Below, in pieces: positions 1 through 13,268 of a stretch of DNA of 64,000 bases. Origin of the DNA: Balanoglossus misakiensis (Eukaryota > Animalia > Hemichordata); assembly GCA_040954595.2 (NCBI GenBank), contig CM082581.2:12907921-12971920 (forward strand). The letters run 5' to 3'. The notes under the pieces were generated by a model, which saw only the letters and a list, made by a program, of their open reading frames with translations, did no database searches and was not told the DNA's origin. Position numbers and translations under genes: made by a program. Within the stretch, counting starts at the first letter, position 1; every line of letters begins with the position of its first letter.

Positions 1-50
1 TAACGCTGCAGCTCATTATGGGATATCGACACAGCAGAAATCACTCACCA

Positions 51-131
51 GAATGAATGAATGAATGAATGAATGAACAAATGCATGAATGAACGCATGC
101 ATATGTATGTAGGTAGGTACATAAAGGTAGG
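51..131. repeat. (GAAT)6 microsatellite decaying into GCAT/GTAT/GTAG tetramers
   Basis: GAAT x6 at 51-74, followed by degenerate tetramer units (gcatgaatgaac, tatgtatgtaggtaggta). Confidence 0.85.
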
Positions 132-1014
132 TTGACGTGACCGTAACTATGTACCGGTATATTCATGCGGATGTAAAAATTCAGCAATTCTTCGGTTTTT
201 TAATATTCCATTTTACATTAATACATGTAATAACATTGTGCAGCTGTAATATTTACATGTACATTCTATAAGGTTCATATAAATATAACCAGCAGATCAG
301 GTATTTCATGGTGAAGACAAAATATTAATAACAGTTTTGAAGTAAATATATGAATTTCGGAGTTACTATAATTTTAGAAGCCCATTGACATTTATGGCAG
401 CGGCAGTTAATTTGGAGAAATCACAATTTATATCGTAGGTACTACAGCGATCGATATTTTCTCAATGTTCCTATAAAATTAATGAGATACAATTACAGTA
501 AAATATCCATATTTTTATGTGAAATGTTCTGGAAATAATTTATTGCTCTTTCAGGGGTGTACACATAGTCGCTTGATGCAAAGATAGCAATATAGCAGAA
601 TGTTGTCATTAAGTTCAAATAAAAGTTAACAAAGAGAAATAGAATGGCAGACAGTTGCAGCCGCTAGTAGTAATAAAATGTCATTTCTGGAAAGAAAAGA
701 TAGAATGACAATGGTATCGCTTGTGATTTTTTTCCAATTCAAAGCAGTGAAAGAAAATCCAAATGTGGAACAAAGTATAGACGTTGTTATTCTCTTTGCA
801 ATCCCGTGATAATTCACTTGGTCAATCTGCATGTGTGTGAAATCGCTAACAGTATGACAATCAACAAAAAAATGTATCAAGTCGATCTGTTAGGAAAGAA
901 AGTTTTCGAATCAAATCGAAATGGCCATGACCACATCGTTAAATTTCAGAATGTCGACAGCCAGATCGTTCATGTAAATGATTATGATCGAACACAGTGC
1001 AGACATCGGCGTGA

Positions 1015-1037
1015 TCACGTGACAGGAATGCGGAAGT
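1015..1037. promoter_or_regulatory. Compact motif cluster: E-box TCACGTGAC, TEAD-type GGAATG, ETS-type CGGAAGT
   Basis: tcacgtgac-a-ggaatg-cggaagt lie back-to-back within 23 bp. Motif match only; no functional data. Confidence 0.3.
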
Positions 1038-2986
1038 GTTGGAAGTCTGAAAAGTTCCAAATTCCTCAAAATTGATCACTGATTTTGGATTGACTCGGTT
1101 ACATGTGCATAATGTGCCAAAAACTAAGAGGTACCGGAAGAAGTGAGTTCTCTAATGCAGATATTTATTTTGGAATGATGTTTCTTCCTACAAGTTTCCC
1201 CTCTCCCTCTTTCTTTTGATAACAGGGCGCTCTTTTATCAGGAAAATGCGGCGATGATGTGCCTGAAGCATTCCCATATCTAGAACATAATTATCATCAA
1301 CATTACAAATAATTGAACTTTTATGTCAGTCAGTTAATTCACTTTTAAACTCAACACATCACGCTTTTTTGCTTATTGTTAGTTTCTGATGCCGCCTCCT
1401 CATAGAGGCAAAGACACTGTTGCCAAGGCCTGCTAATTAACTGGCACCTTATGTAATGGTTGGACAAGTCACACATGGTCCTGTGACGCACCGGGAAGTC
1501 ATTCCATCATAGACATTTACGGAAAATCCGTACATATTTCCCTTTCCCCTGAGGGAATGTAATCGCCCTACAAAAGAGTTACGTTCGGCTGTCTTTAGTC
1601 ACGGCTGAGCTGTTGAGAACTTTCGCACCCACAGACTGAGCGCCGGTTGATAATGTCTCGAAAAGCCCGGGGCATTTTTTCATAAGCGAAAAACCATTAA
1701 AATTTTACATCTTCTTTAGTGCGCAAACTAATCACAAAATGGCCAGATTTTGCTGCTATCTGGGAGAGAATAAAATGTAATCAAATGACAATTTTCAATT
1801 TTATTAACACTGACAGCATGTTTTGTTCATGAAGCTGTCTTCAACGAAGCAACTAAAAATGTTGTGTGTTCCGTTTGATGCACAATAATAAGCTCAAAGT
1901 ACATGCGGTCTGGTGTCTGTACAAAGGAAACGAGATTTTTAAAGTGCGAACAGAGTTATAATCGAATATTTTCATGTTGAGTTTATGACAGCATGCATGG
2001 GTCTATGCACTGAGTGATTTGCTTTTACTTATGTAAAAAATCTGCCACAATGCCGTAAAAGCATAGAATAGTAGCTTCGTTTACGGAACTTAAATATTTT
2101 TACCGTTTATGTCAAAATGTTGCACTTTATGTGTAAAGCTGTTATCAGAGACTTGTCACGTCAGTGCAGATATTCGGTGCGTTTAGGGTATTAACATGCG
2201 AATGTTACGCGTCGTGTTAATCACATGTACGCCTTGTGGTGGCGCTCATTTCAGGTGGTCGCTGGTGAAGGCCTTTAAAACGTTGTCGACGTAACTGATG
2301 TACGCTCATGCACTGTGGAGAGCCGATTTTCTTCTTACTTCGCTGAATAACCAATCGTTTTGGAAGAGACGTCAGAGCATTATCACTTGGCCCGAAGCAC
2401 TAAATTAATTGTTATTTTGCTATACGTGAAGACACGATGTTAACAATCACACACTGAATTGCTCTGTTTTCGTTTTGGAAATTGCTGGACTCTGTCAGTG
2501 AATTCAATGGGAATTCATTCCCGTTGTCATGGCAGTTTGATAATTTGATGCGCAAGTAGCGACTTCCTTCGAGCGAAGGACTAGCATCCAGAAGAAAACA
2601 TGTATTCAGGGGCACGATACATTGAATTGCTGTTATTGTAGTGTTTTGTGCCTTCTACACATTGCCAGAACTTCTTGTTCAAGTTAGTGAACGTTGCTGT
2701 CGCTTTTCCACGGTTTGTTCAATGAGACAGGACCCCATTCTTTCCCACGACTCAAGAAGGAAAATCACACCTTATAACTTCTGCAGAGATACAGTGAATT
2801 TCAGTAATTCCTCGCTGACTAACACTTTAAGTACAATATCTGAGATTAACACAGCACATCAAAATCACCAATGCGACTGTCCCTGTGCGGCCAGGTAGGG
2901 GACGTGGGTATTCCACGTCATGACAGCAAAAAGAAATGTTAGTATTTTGATACACTGTCATAAAGCCATATGTGATATTATGCCTA

Positions 2987-3010
2987 CAACAACAACAACA
3001 GCAGCAGCAA
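2987..3010. repeat. (CAA)4(CAG)3CAA trinucleotide microsatellite
   Basis: Read directly: caacaacaacaacagcagcagcaa. Confidence 0.85.
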
Positions 3011-5408
3011 TAGTGCCTATCACTTTATAAACTCAAACTTGTATATCCACATGCACGATTTTTTATCCAGCGTTATAATGTTCATAAATCGTTGCGGAAA
3101 GTGAACAGATGAAATCCATAGAGAGATGCCCTCATTGTCATGGCGATGGCCGCCCGGAAGTCAGTCGACGTGTTAATTGCCTGAAAGTGTTCATGTTGTA
3201 CTTGATTGCTATCGCCCAATCAGTCATGTCGCATCGAGTGCATGGACACAGCCAGAGCATGACTTGCATTCTGAAATGGAGTCGAGGTTGTTGGCATTTC
3301 TTCAAAAACTGTGCCACGGCAAACCTAATGACCTAGAACTTGGTATTAGAGTTTACAGTCTCGGGGTGCGCGGAAATAAACATACCCGCGAAGGGGCATG
3401 GAAATTGATGAACACACTATGTGATCTATGCGAGGGTGACACTTAAAAAATAATCAATGGGAGAGCTTCCTTCTGAGCCTGTTTTTTATAATTTCAGATA
3501 ACGTCATTAAAAGAGCCCTAGGCATTTTATTTGCAGTGAAATATTAATTGATTTTCCATCGTGGATAGAAAAAGAACGACAAATACAATAATTCGATGGC
3601 ATTAAAGATAAGTTTAAGGTCTTTGTGTTCTAGTTCTATTTCAATTTCTTCTGCCATTTTTCTTCCTGTTGCTGGCAGCTAAAATTGATCCTGTGTACGT
3701 GAGATTTTGTGGGTTTGCAAGACATTGTCTGCTCCTCCCGGGGTTCAAAAGTCTCAAGTGGCCTTGCGGAGTATATTCTTGATAACCACACGCTCTCAGA
3801 TGTAAACACAACGCCTTTCTTTCTGATCAATACAAACATGTTTTCATCCTTCCGTCTTTTCTCAAAATGAAAAAAAAAATCAATTTTGACAGGTCTGGAA
3901 ATCCCGAGGAAGTCTGATCTATTGCAAGAAATATTTGTGACAGCTCTGTCGGGACAGGCGTCTTCAACCGAGAGATGCTTCAAACAACAAGTGAAGATAC
4001 AGTTACTCTTTCTGCATTCGTCTTGATTCTATCCCCACTTCACAACGATATTATATACATGTACATGGGTTTAATTGGTGTAGAATGTGTCCAAAAAATG
4101 TGAAACAGCTTATTTGTCATTGACATCAATTATTTGCGAAATTCAATGACGATGATAGTTGTCCACACTTGTTTGCAATCAAACAGGATCAATATAAAGC
4201 GCCATGAGATACGATGGATTTTTTGCTCCAGTCCGTGTTCACAAGTCGTACTCGTTTCACCGTTTCCAAAATGTTGACAGCGTTTGACCCTTTGGTGGAA
4301 AGACCGTGGCGTCAGAGGAACTGAACGTACATGGGTCACGAAAAGAAAGATAAAGTTAAACGACACCGTAGCAATAACCTTTCAAATCTCACAGTCCTTA
4401 ACAATTTTTCTAACGCTGCCAGTGTTTTCACGACAGCTAACGAATGACGCCACCAACGGCTGTCTCAGCTTACAACACGCGATCGTTCAGACTAATGGCC
4501 AAAGGTGGCGCTCAACAGCTGAGATCAACAGACTTTTTCAGTCTTAACAGACAAATCAAGCTTTGAATATCGGTTCCACCGATCGCTGTGTATGGACGTG
4601 GGAAACGTAACAGATATCTGTGACATAATCAAACAGAAGTCGATTTCATAGACCGGTGTTTTGAAATACAGTAAAGTTGTCTCTCAAGGAAGCTTCAACA
4701 TTTTTCGCCAACATGATGTTATCCGTTATTACAGTGTCACCATCTTATCATTGTAATCTTCACGTTCACAATAATTGTGCGCTCCTGGGAAAATACATTC
4801 TTTCATATAAAATATGTTCAGGTAAAATTGAAGTGACTTCAAAGTTTCCAAGAAGTTTAAAGTCAACGTGACTCTAATATTGAAAAAAAGGGCAGTGACC
4901 GGCTACAAGTCACCTTCCTTGCGAAAGATGCTCCATCTCGATTTGTTTGCTTGACTTCTGTTTTGATTGACCTATTGCGGTGGTCCATGATTGGTTGATT
5001 ACTTGTGTAATCGCTCGGTTACTAGAGTGGTTACATGCACATTGAATTAGACTCTGGCTGCCACTCTTGACGAAACACTCAATTTGAGATCATCCACCGA
5101 AATAATCATACATTGTGGTTCTGCACAAATGATTTAGAGTTCATTAGAGGACAAGTACAGCGCCCTCTGCACAAAGCGACAATGTGCGTGATGGAGACAG
5201 CCACTCAAGGTTCGTTACGCTTAGTGCAAAGAAACTTTTTAAGACCAGTTGAGGGCGTGTTCACATTATCATTTTATTGGGAGTCGCCGTCATACAACAT
5301 TCTTCTCAAAGTTTGTGCCTTATCATTCGCAGTCAGCGATGCTTTGTACGAAGCACGATTTGACCCGTTCTAAGTACAATCTAAATGCCCCACTACTTGG
5401 CTTCATTC

Positions 5409-5426
5409 TGCAATGACGTCATTGCA
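5409..5426. promoter_or_regulatory. 18-bp perfect palindrome centred on a full CRE/ATF site (TGACGTCA)
   Basis: tgcaatgacgtcattgca is its own reverse complement; the central 8 bp is the CRE consensus. Confidence 0.45.
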
Positions 5427-6097
5427 TATTGTAAGGGTTACTGAAAAGAGATCATACTAGTTGTTCCTCCCAAGGAAATACATGGAATTAATTGGAAACT
5501 TGATTGAAGACTTGCTTCAAAGTATTTCGCAATTTAATCACATTTTCTCCATCGGCACAATTTGTTCCAATCAAAAGCACAAACAGAACGCTATCACAAA
5601 TACGATTGCTAATACAGCTCTACAACATTCAGAATGCAAAGAAACAACACCCCTGACACTTAAGAAAGGGGATTTTTCTCCTGTAAGCACAAATACCGGT
5701 AAATGAATCTCCTCTCCCGCTTGATCACATCCCTACATCAGACATTAACATCCTAATACCAAATGGACACAGTTGCCCTAGAGTTCACATTGACCTTAAT
5801 GCCAAGTGTTTTTGTATGTTACGCGAGACTCTACATAACCATTATAAAGCATTTTGTCTGTCTATTTACTGAACAGATGTAGACTTATTATCAAACTAAT
5901 CTTATCGTCTGCTGAAGACACTAAAGGAATAATTCTAAACTTTAAACAGAAGCTGTCCTCTAATCAGATTGTTCTGCTAAATCTACTGGATGCACAAAAG
6001 TGACATGAGAGATTCAGACTAAATGACATTTCAGAGTTGCGGTATTAAAAAATGATAGTATCGCTAAACTGAGAGACGGTATAATGGCAGACCGAAT

Positions 6098-6184
6098 GAC
6101 GGACGGGTGGACACAGAGAGAGAAAGAGACAGAGACAGACAGATGACCAAACGGACCGTCAGATAGAGTAGAGCGAGAGACAGA
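6098..6184. repeat. Degenerate GA/GACA/GACG purine-rich simple repeat
   Basis: gacggacgg...cagagagagaaagagacagagacagacaga...gagagacaga. Confidence 0.7.
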
Positions 6185-6874
6185 AGGATTGAAGCATCCC
6201 GGATCTGGAGTCACATTGATGAAGCAGGATTTCATTTTAGGACAGTGACAAATTCAGGTCTCGTAAAAAAGCCGCGGAAAGATATCAGGATGACATTGAA
6301 ATACGTGAATGATCTTGAAGGAGGCAGTCACGTGACCCAAGTCAGAATGTACTTAAAACCATTAAAATCCCTGGTGATAACATACCGGTATAATTTATTC
6401 TAAGCCATCCTGTATAATCTTGGAAGTAATACTTTCCATTAAACGCATAACACAAGACCCAACAGACAAGGAAAACGAGTTAAATACATAAACCCCTAAA
6501 ACAAACAAATCTCGTTATCTCATGCGCAAATTTCACCACGCTTGCAGTGCACAGAATAAATTCACGTTTACTTACTAACTTAAGCGATACATTCCCCCTG
6601 GGGTCCACAAACTCATTAAATGTATTAAGAATGCATTTCGTAAATTATATTTTTCGACCTTCCACGTGTCTTGGAGCACCATTCGCGCGTGAAAACAAAT
6701 TCCCTCGGGGGAAAAACATGTAGAGTGGGGACCGGTGAAACGAAACGCAGGATTAACGGGAGTGGGTAGTCTTTATCAAGCATGGCCACTTTACGTGTCA
6801 ACGTTACGGTACTTAAATATTTGATTGTAATAAAGATTCATTCCTTCATTGAATTAAACCCAAACATTATTTCA

Positions 6875-6968
6875 GGGATAAACCATTAGATATGTAGGTG
6901 TCAAGTGAAAGAATTTTTGTGAATGTCATCTATTTAGCCCCCTCTCCCAATATCAAATGGTCCATCCC
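6875..6968. mobile_element. 94-bp MITE, PIF/Harbinger (Tourist)-like
   Basis: Left TIR gggataaaccattagatat (6875-6893) matches the reverse complement of the right end, gggatggaccatttgatat (6950-6968), at 16/19. The element is flanked on both sides by TCA (6872-6874 and 6969-6971), a 3-bp TSD. GGG...CCC termini with a 3-bp TSD are typical of PIF/Harbinger. Confidence 0.7.
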
Positions 6969-7559
6969 TCAAAGAGTCCATCTGTACTTTCAAACACCTT
7001 TGCCCAGTACATTTACAGTATAGATACTACAAATATTTTAAAACTTTCCAAATATGGGACCATAAAATACCAGCTTCAGGAACTTTTAAAGCACACACTA
7101 TGGCATAGATCCCTAGCTCTTTGCTGAATTGTCAAGATAGGAAACTTACACTTATAATTTACCCTTATACGTTTGTTGAATGTTTGAGAAGGCAGGACTG
7201 ACCCCTTTTACGAACAGGATAGCTCACCCTTTTCGAAACACTTCTCATTTTTATACATACACATTAATGTATATTAGCTTTCATGGATTGAGCTGTGGAA
7301 TTGCTGTACTTGTCCATTTCAGGTTTTCGTGAACATTTTACAGATTAGTGCGTGACCACGATTTCAGGATTTCTGATGAATATGATACCCGTTTTCATCA
7401 GTCGCTGACATGGCCTGCCAGCAAACACCAATGTTGAAATAAATCCTTCATTTAATATTTATCATTTTATCCTGTACTACGCATGGACGCATTTCTCCGC
7501 ATGATTTGAGTTTCTGCTAACATTGCCTTTCAGCATGCAAAAACCTCCCTGCAGCTTTG

Positions 7560-7645
7560 CTCTCTTCTCTCTCTCCCTCTATACCTCTTTCTCTCCCCTG
7601 CCTACCCTCCGCCCCTCTCTCTGGCTTCCCCTCGCTCTCCCCTTT
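7560..7645. repeat. CT-rich polypyrimidine low-complexity tract
   Basis: ctctcttctctctctccctctatacctctttctctcccctg... Confidence 0.75.
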
Positions 7646-8685
7646 CGGGCCGATAATTTTCACACAACGTCACTTCTTGCAGGCACTTCCATCGTAAATA
7701 TTTGGAAAGTGTTTCTGTACAGTTCAGGTATATTCATTTAATCCCACAACATTTTGAAGACAGTTGGCATATGCCTTTAAATTGATTTGCAGACAGGTAA
7801 CGTTGCGGTGTTAAAAATCTATCAGTATCGACAGCACCTTGATTCCTACAATATGAACGCCTAAAGACCTGTTCACATTTAAGACTGCCGAGTATCATAG
7901 GTACACCTATGGCGTCGGTGACCAATTGAAAACCTGTGCGCGTGGAATCCCACCATTTGAGTGGTAAAGAGCAGAGTCCTCTAAAAACGCGGCCGCTTTC
8001 ATATTCTGGCTCATGGGACCAGGCATATTGAGCATGCATACATTTAAGCCCTAGCGGCCATCTATGTGAAAAGTATATCAACCATGGTCTAATATACGTG
8101 AAAAGCGATCACTTGCAATGAGTTGATGTGAACATTATAGAACGTTCCTGGGGCGTAAAATGATGTAAACAGTACAAATACGAACAATGTTCAAATTAAA
8201 GTTTAAAAAAAAGAGTTTTTACCAAAGCAATTCCTATCTACAGTATTTTCATAAAATATTATGTCGCGCAATCATCTCTCTCATTTTAAGCAAAAATGCT
8301 TTATATATATATCATAGTTAATATAAATTCGTGTGCGGTAAATAATGAAATAGTTACGATAATAGATCAATTTTAGTACAAATCGCTAATACAGTGTGGA
8401 ACTAAAAATTGCCACTCGATATAACAACCTGTTCAAAACAGCGTCTAGCCCTCGCTCTACTTAGAATTGCCATGAATGTTTCAGTGCTGTGGCAGTTTCT
8501 CGATGTACGATTCTGTTATGCAGTTTAGCGACTGACTTGCTGTGGGCGACGTTAGTCATACGACTTGCTGACGTCGACGGAAGCAGAGGGATCACAGAAG
8601 CTGACACAGCGAAGCCCACTGCTGTAAAAAAAACTGAGCTCTTCACTCAAAGATTTCGGCGTATGTGTTGTCGCCTCATCTGCAG

Positions 8686-8716
8686 ATTCCTCGTCCACAT
8701 AAACGACGAGCTGAAG
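8686..8716 (+). other. Candidate short exon (or 3' end of a longer first exon), product unknown
   Basis: Acceptor-like tcgcctcatctgcAG (AG at 8684-85) and strong donor AAG|GTAAGG (GT at 8717-18) in a CpG-richer patch. No recognisable peptide. Confidence 0.2.
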
Positions 8717-11700
8717 GTAAGGCGTGAAAGCGTAGTATACTATGCATTCTGTAAATATTACGACAAAAGGTGACATCTGCAGGCACCTTTCCTTTGTCAC
8801 ATTTTACTACCACATGTGCTGGTGAATATTTAGCGAGCGCTAGGTGTCTACGCAATATAGTTGAAATTGCTGAAAATTGGCACTTTTGCCGACGAATTAC
8901 ATCACCGATTACCGCGGTATACACATGTATTGAAAAGAATAAACGATCTACGTGCTATGAATCACTTTTCCTGTGCGCGCACAAAGACGACGTATTTGCA
9001 GACTGCACAGGAAAATGAAATCCGTGCGGTTGATATGAGATTAGGGCGTAATTGCACAAAATGCAATAACTTCATATTTTGTTTAACCGTGCCCCCAATG
9101 AACAACATACCCGTGGGCTATCGACAGAAATACAATGAAAAAGTACAGATCTTATCGGAAGGACAATTTTCTGTTAATGTAGTACAGAAAATTGCCTTTT
9201 TTTCGCAATAAACGTAAGCGTGCACATGAATAAACGTAATCACTTTGATTGCGGAAGAAGAGAGAACGGAACTCCGAAGCTAGGCGAAAATTGCGTAATA
9301 AGGGTGAACCCAAGGATATGTACGCGGTGTCTGACTTGAAACAGTCATCTAATGGCGCCTGTAAGTTGGTCTATTCAAAATTTGCACTGTGTTCAGATCA
9401 CTGTATAGGAAGTAGCTTTCTCTCGGTTCCAATTAATCTGGACAGACTGCATGATTGCGTCACCACAGAAAGTGAATATCAGTTATAAAGTACAGCACAG
9501 TGCAATGCAGTATAGTACTACATTTTCGGTACAGTATACAGTAGGATTTTACAGATGCTTTATGTAATAATCTGAATTCTAGATTCCACTCTATAAAGGT
9601 AACCATTGGCACACTGTCCACTTGACCAAACACCATGCTCCATTGTAGTCAAGTAAAATGTAGTTCCAATATTCCTATCAATTTGTTAATGTTTATCTGA
9701 CCCCTGCAGTGCCATTGTAAGTTGTGGAGTTTCCACAAGAAAAAAACGCATAATTACTTTGTTTTTGCCATGATTCAATTCGGCACGATAATATAAAATC
9801 ATGCCTTTGAGGAAACAGCTGCACAGTTCACTGAACTGGACTGGATCACTTCTTGCATGCAGACAACTCTGAACTTTTGAAGAAATGGGAACGTAGTGAA
9901 AGCTCTCAAGGGTAACGATTGTACTTAACACATCACAAACTTGTCGCGTTCATTCACACGACACTGGCAGCCGAACACGTTCATTCTAAGGTCAGGCTTA
10001 CACAAGCATGGCATTACTCGCTGCACTGTTCGCCCCAGCATTTCGCTGCAAAATTTATCAGAAAAGAGCAGACACACAGTGCACCTGGGTCAAAATTAGA
10101 CTTGCGAATTAGCTGCAAACCGAGTTCAATAGCTGCTATTTTAACCTCACACAACTCTCAGTCAATAGAGCGTGTTTTAGGCTAAATAATTTAAGGCTCA
10201 CTCCTTGATTACCTTCATCCGTTCACTAACTTTGTTACAGGGTGTTGGGGGCTTTGAATATAGCTTTTGAGCACTCTTGCACAGAAGTGTCGCGTCTGTA
10301 GGGAAATTGCCGACCGGTGAACATATGTTACTGTTCGTTGAAAGCGTCGTTGCAAGTCCCGTGGGATAATGGGATTCTTTTAGCGGCAACTGAAGATACT
10401 TTTTAGAATTGCGGTTAGTAGTATAGTTATTGCGGTCGACTTAAACCTTAATGATCATCATTGTTACGCAAAAATTACCTACTGACCCCCATAGAGCTCT
10501 AGGACGGCATAATATCCTTTGATAACCCAGTAAAGGGCAGCTTCGCCAAACCAAGCGTAAGAAATCGGGACAAAACGAGCGGAAACCACTCTATCGTCTG
10601 CATTCGGCAAACCAATATGTCGGCACTCGTTTAATTGACAAAAAATTGCCCACCCGTACGTTTATTATTACAGAATCTAAGGTTATATATAACATCATGC
10701 ATTACGAATTGGTAACCATCATGTGCATTTACCAATGGAAAGCACAAGTTGTTGACAGTTGTAGGGGCTTATTTTTATAACAAGGAAAAACAGTCCCAGT
10801 TGGTCACGTGGATATTTTGGGTTTGTTTGCTCTTATGGCAACTTGTGTCATCATGAGGCTTGTCTAAACATTTTAATGGCCACTTGCTCATATTTTCCTG
10901 TGGTCACCCAGGTGAACATCTGTGATAACAGTCGGTTAATTTGCATATTAGTGACCTTTAGATACCTTTCATGTGATAATTATGATCAGTGGCTGGGGTT
11001 CTCATCCACGTCGATTGGATATTTGTTTGAAAGATTGGTTGGTTTTATGGGGAGAGAGAGTTTTACACGCCATCATAATCTTTCTTAGATTTGTGATATA
11101 CTTAATGGTAAAATTACTCACATTTAAAGAACTGAAAGAGTCAACAACTTAAGTAATCTTAATTGGCATCCGCCCACACAGGGAAATCCCCATCTAGGAG
11201 CTTTCGCCCAAAGCTGAGTACTTCTCTGCATCGTCAGTATGTGAGAACATTCTGTGTGAGATGAATACAAAATATCTTGTAACCGCCAGTCGTGATCAAT
11301 CGCAGAAAAGAACGGAAAGGCAGTACCGCAATTACAAACGCGTTACAGAATACCCTGAATGTTATTTGAATGCCACTGATTGCGGATGATGAAGGTTGAA
11401 TAAAAAGGGGTTCCAGCGTATTACTTCATCTGAGACGTTGACATTGTTCGCCGCCTGATGTGATGATCATTTAAACGCCCGATCGAGGTATTTAATTGGT
11501 GGCGGATGGTGTTATCAATTCAGCCGCCTTTGTGGGATAACCGGCGTGATTATGAACTAAATGAGCCCTCGAGGATGAGGACAATATTCTTTTGAAGTTA
11601 CAGACAATGAACCTTAAGGTTTGGCCTAATGTTTGAATGATCCCACCAATAAGTCGACAACTACTACCGCTATGCTGTGCCACTGGTGGATTTCGACCAT

Positions 11701-12062
11701 CGCGTGCCACATCATAGCTGTATTCTTATTTTTCACTATTGTGTGATTTGTAAACAGTCCTGGATTATTTTCTGATTGGAAAACGGTCCTCCTAACTGGG
11801 AGTTCTAGAAAATCCAACAATGTATATACCAATTGTACGTGTTAATTTACGCAATCAGCGTACACTATGACGAAGCATGTCGTGAGTGTTTAATTCAGCC
11901 TACGGTCGCCAATAGTGTTGTTTACGTAAAACTGTTGCAATTTATTGACACCGACTCTCACTGAAGGCAACATTCCTTGATTTAAAAGTAAGAGGCATTC
12001 GCAAAGGTTCAGACTTGAAGTGCCCAGTAGGTTTACAACCCACCCTTCTCTCTGACTATAGA

Positions 12063-12110
12063 GAGAATTCCCCATTGGCCTATGGTGACGTCAAAAAAGA
12101 TCAAAGGTCA
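12063..12110. promoter_or_regulatory. Dense motif cluster: NF-kB-like, inverted CCAAT, CRE, TCF/LEF and nuclear-receptor half site
   Basis: gagaattcccc (12063-73), attgg (12074-78), tgacgtca (12086-93), agatcaaagg (12098-107), aaggtca (12104-110), all within 48 bp. Confidence 0.35.
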
Positions 12111-13255
12111 ATGCTAGGTGTTGCTATGTCTATAATTTTGTTCACATCCGTGTAATTTCAAACTGCCTGCACTTAACTCCATAACATCACCAAAAGACAA
12201 TAGGACGATAACCAATTCAAAATTGAGATATGACTTGCATAATTTTTACACACTTATCTTTTACCGCTACGTGCATGCGATAATCGAAATTCTTCATTTT
12301 GCAGTGAGAAAAATCTCCACAAATGTTTGCTTGGAAATGAGTTACATCAGTCAATAAAGAATTCATTTACTATGGATAGCCAGGGGTTTCAAATAAAACC
12401 AATGGATTCTTAACTACGAAAACGAGGAAAGGTCAAACAGGAGTTACAAACATGTCGCGTCAGTTGGGAGTTGCGAGGGATGGCATATACTGGTGATTGT
12501 GAATAAGTAAGTGGAATTTTGCAACATCAATGTAGAAATTTCATTTTAGTTTAAAGTAAGCGTTATTTCTTATATAAAAATCATTACATGATTAGCTGTT
12601 GCCACAGTACGCTTCAAAATAAACACATATTAAATCAGATAAATCGTCATATAAAGCTAAATTAATCATTCATGAGGAAAAGACTAAGAAATTTTCCCTT
12701 CCTGTATAGGTCATTGTGATATTCTTTCTCTAAATCGTTTCTACAGCGACGTGACGGTAGATTTCATGCACGATTTCACAGTGTACATCCAGGTATATTG
12801 CACGGGTGTTTATGCGCATTTGCTAGGGACGCGAAGTGCCCGTGGCTCTATCTTTGCTCAGATGAGACGGTTGCATGATGCACCTAAATCGATTTCATTA
12901 ACGGAAGGAAACGTTTTCAATCGAATGTACGGCAGGAAAGGTAATAATGGGAAACGTGATTTGTGTCCGCTATGAAGTGATGCACAGCCGAGAATACCAA
13001 AATCTGCATTATGTCGTCATGATGTGCATGCGTGTAACAAGCCCAGTGGGCAGGAATAAAACAATATTATCTGGTAATTTTTTTTTTTACTGTAGCGTCA
13101 TGTCTGGAAAGAAAAGTGACCTCTCAGATAGAAAGACGCCAGACTCGCGGCTACAGTGATTATTTCAATTTAAACAAAATCAAAATCCGCAAATTAAAAA
13201 CGGTTAAAGGGTTGCTTCAGTACCGTCATGCAGAGGTGTTGCTGAAGAAACCATG

Positions 13256-13268
13256 TGCGCATGCGCTT
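13256..13268. promoter_or_regulatory. NRF1-type site (TGCGCATGCGC)
   Basis: gtgcgcatgcgct matches the NRF1 palindromic consensus. Motif only. Confidence 0.3.

Noticed and set aside
4495-4512. CTCF-like motif tggccaaaggtggcgct (also partial matches near 2235, 5158 and 8048)
   Set aside because: Only half of the core matches the consensus with correct spacing; cannot be supported without PWM scoring or ChIP data.
4448-4524. Interleaved complementary pairs cgccacc/ggtggcg and tctcagct/agctgaga (pseudoknot order), considered as an HDV-like ribozyme
   Set aside because: The segment between P2 and P1' is 33 nt with no P3/L3 consensus, and there is no P1.1, P4 or J4/2 catalytic C context; 7-8 bp matches can occur by chance.
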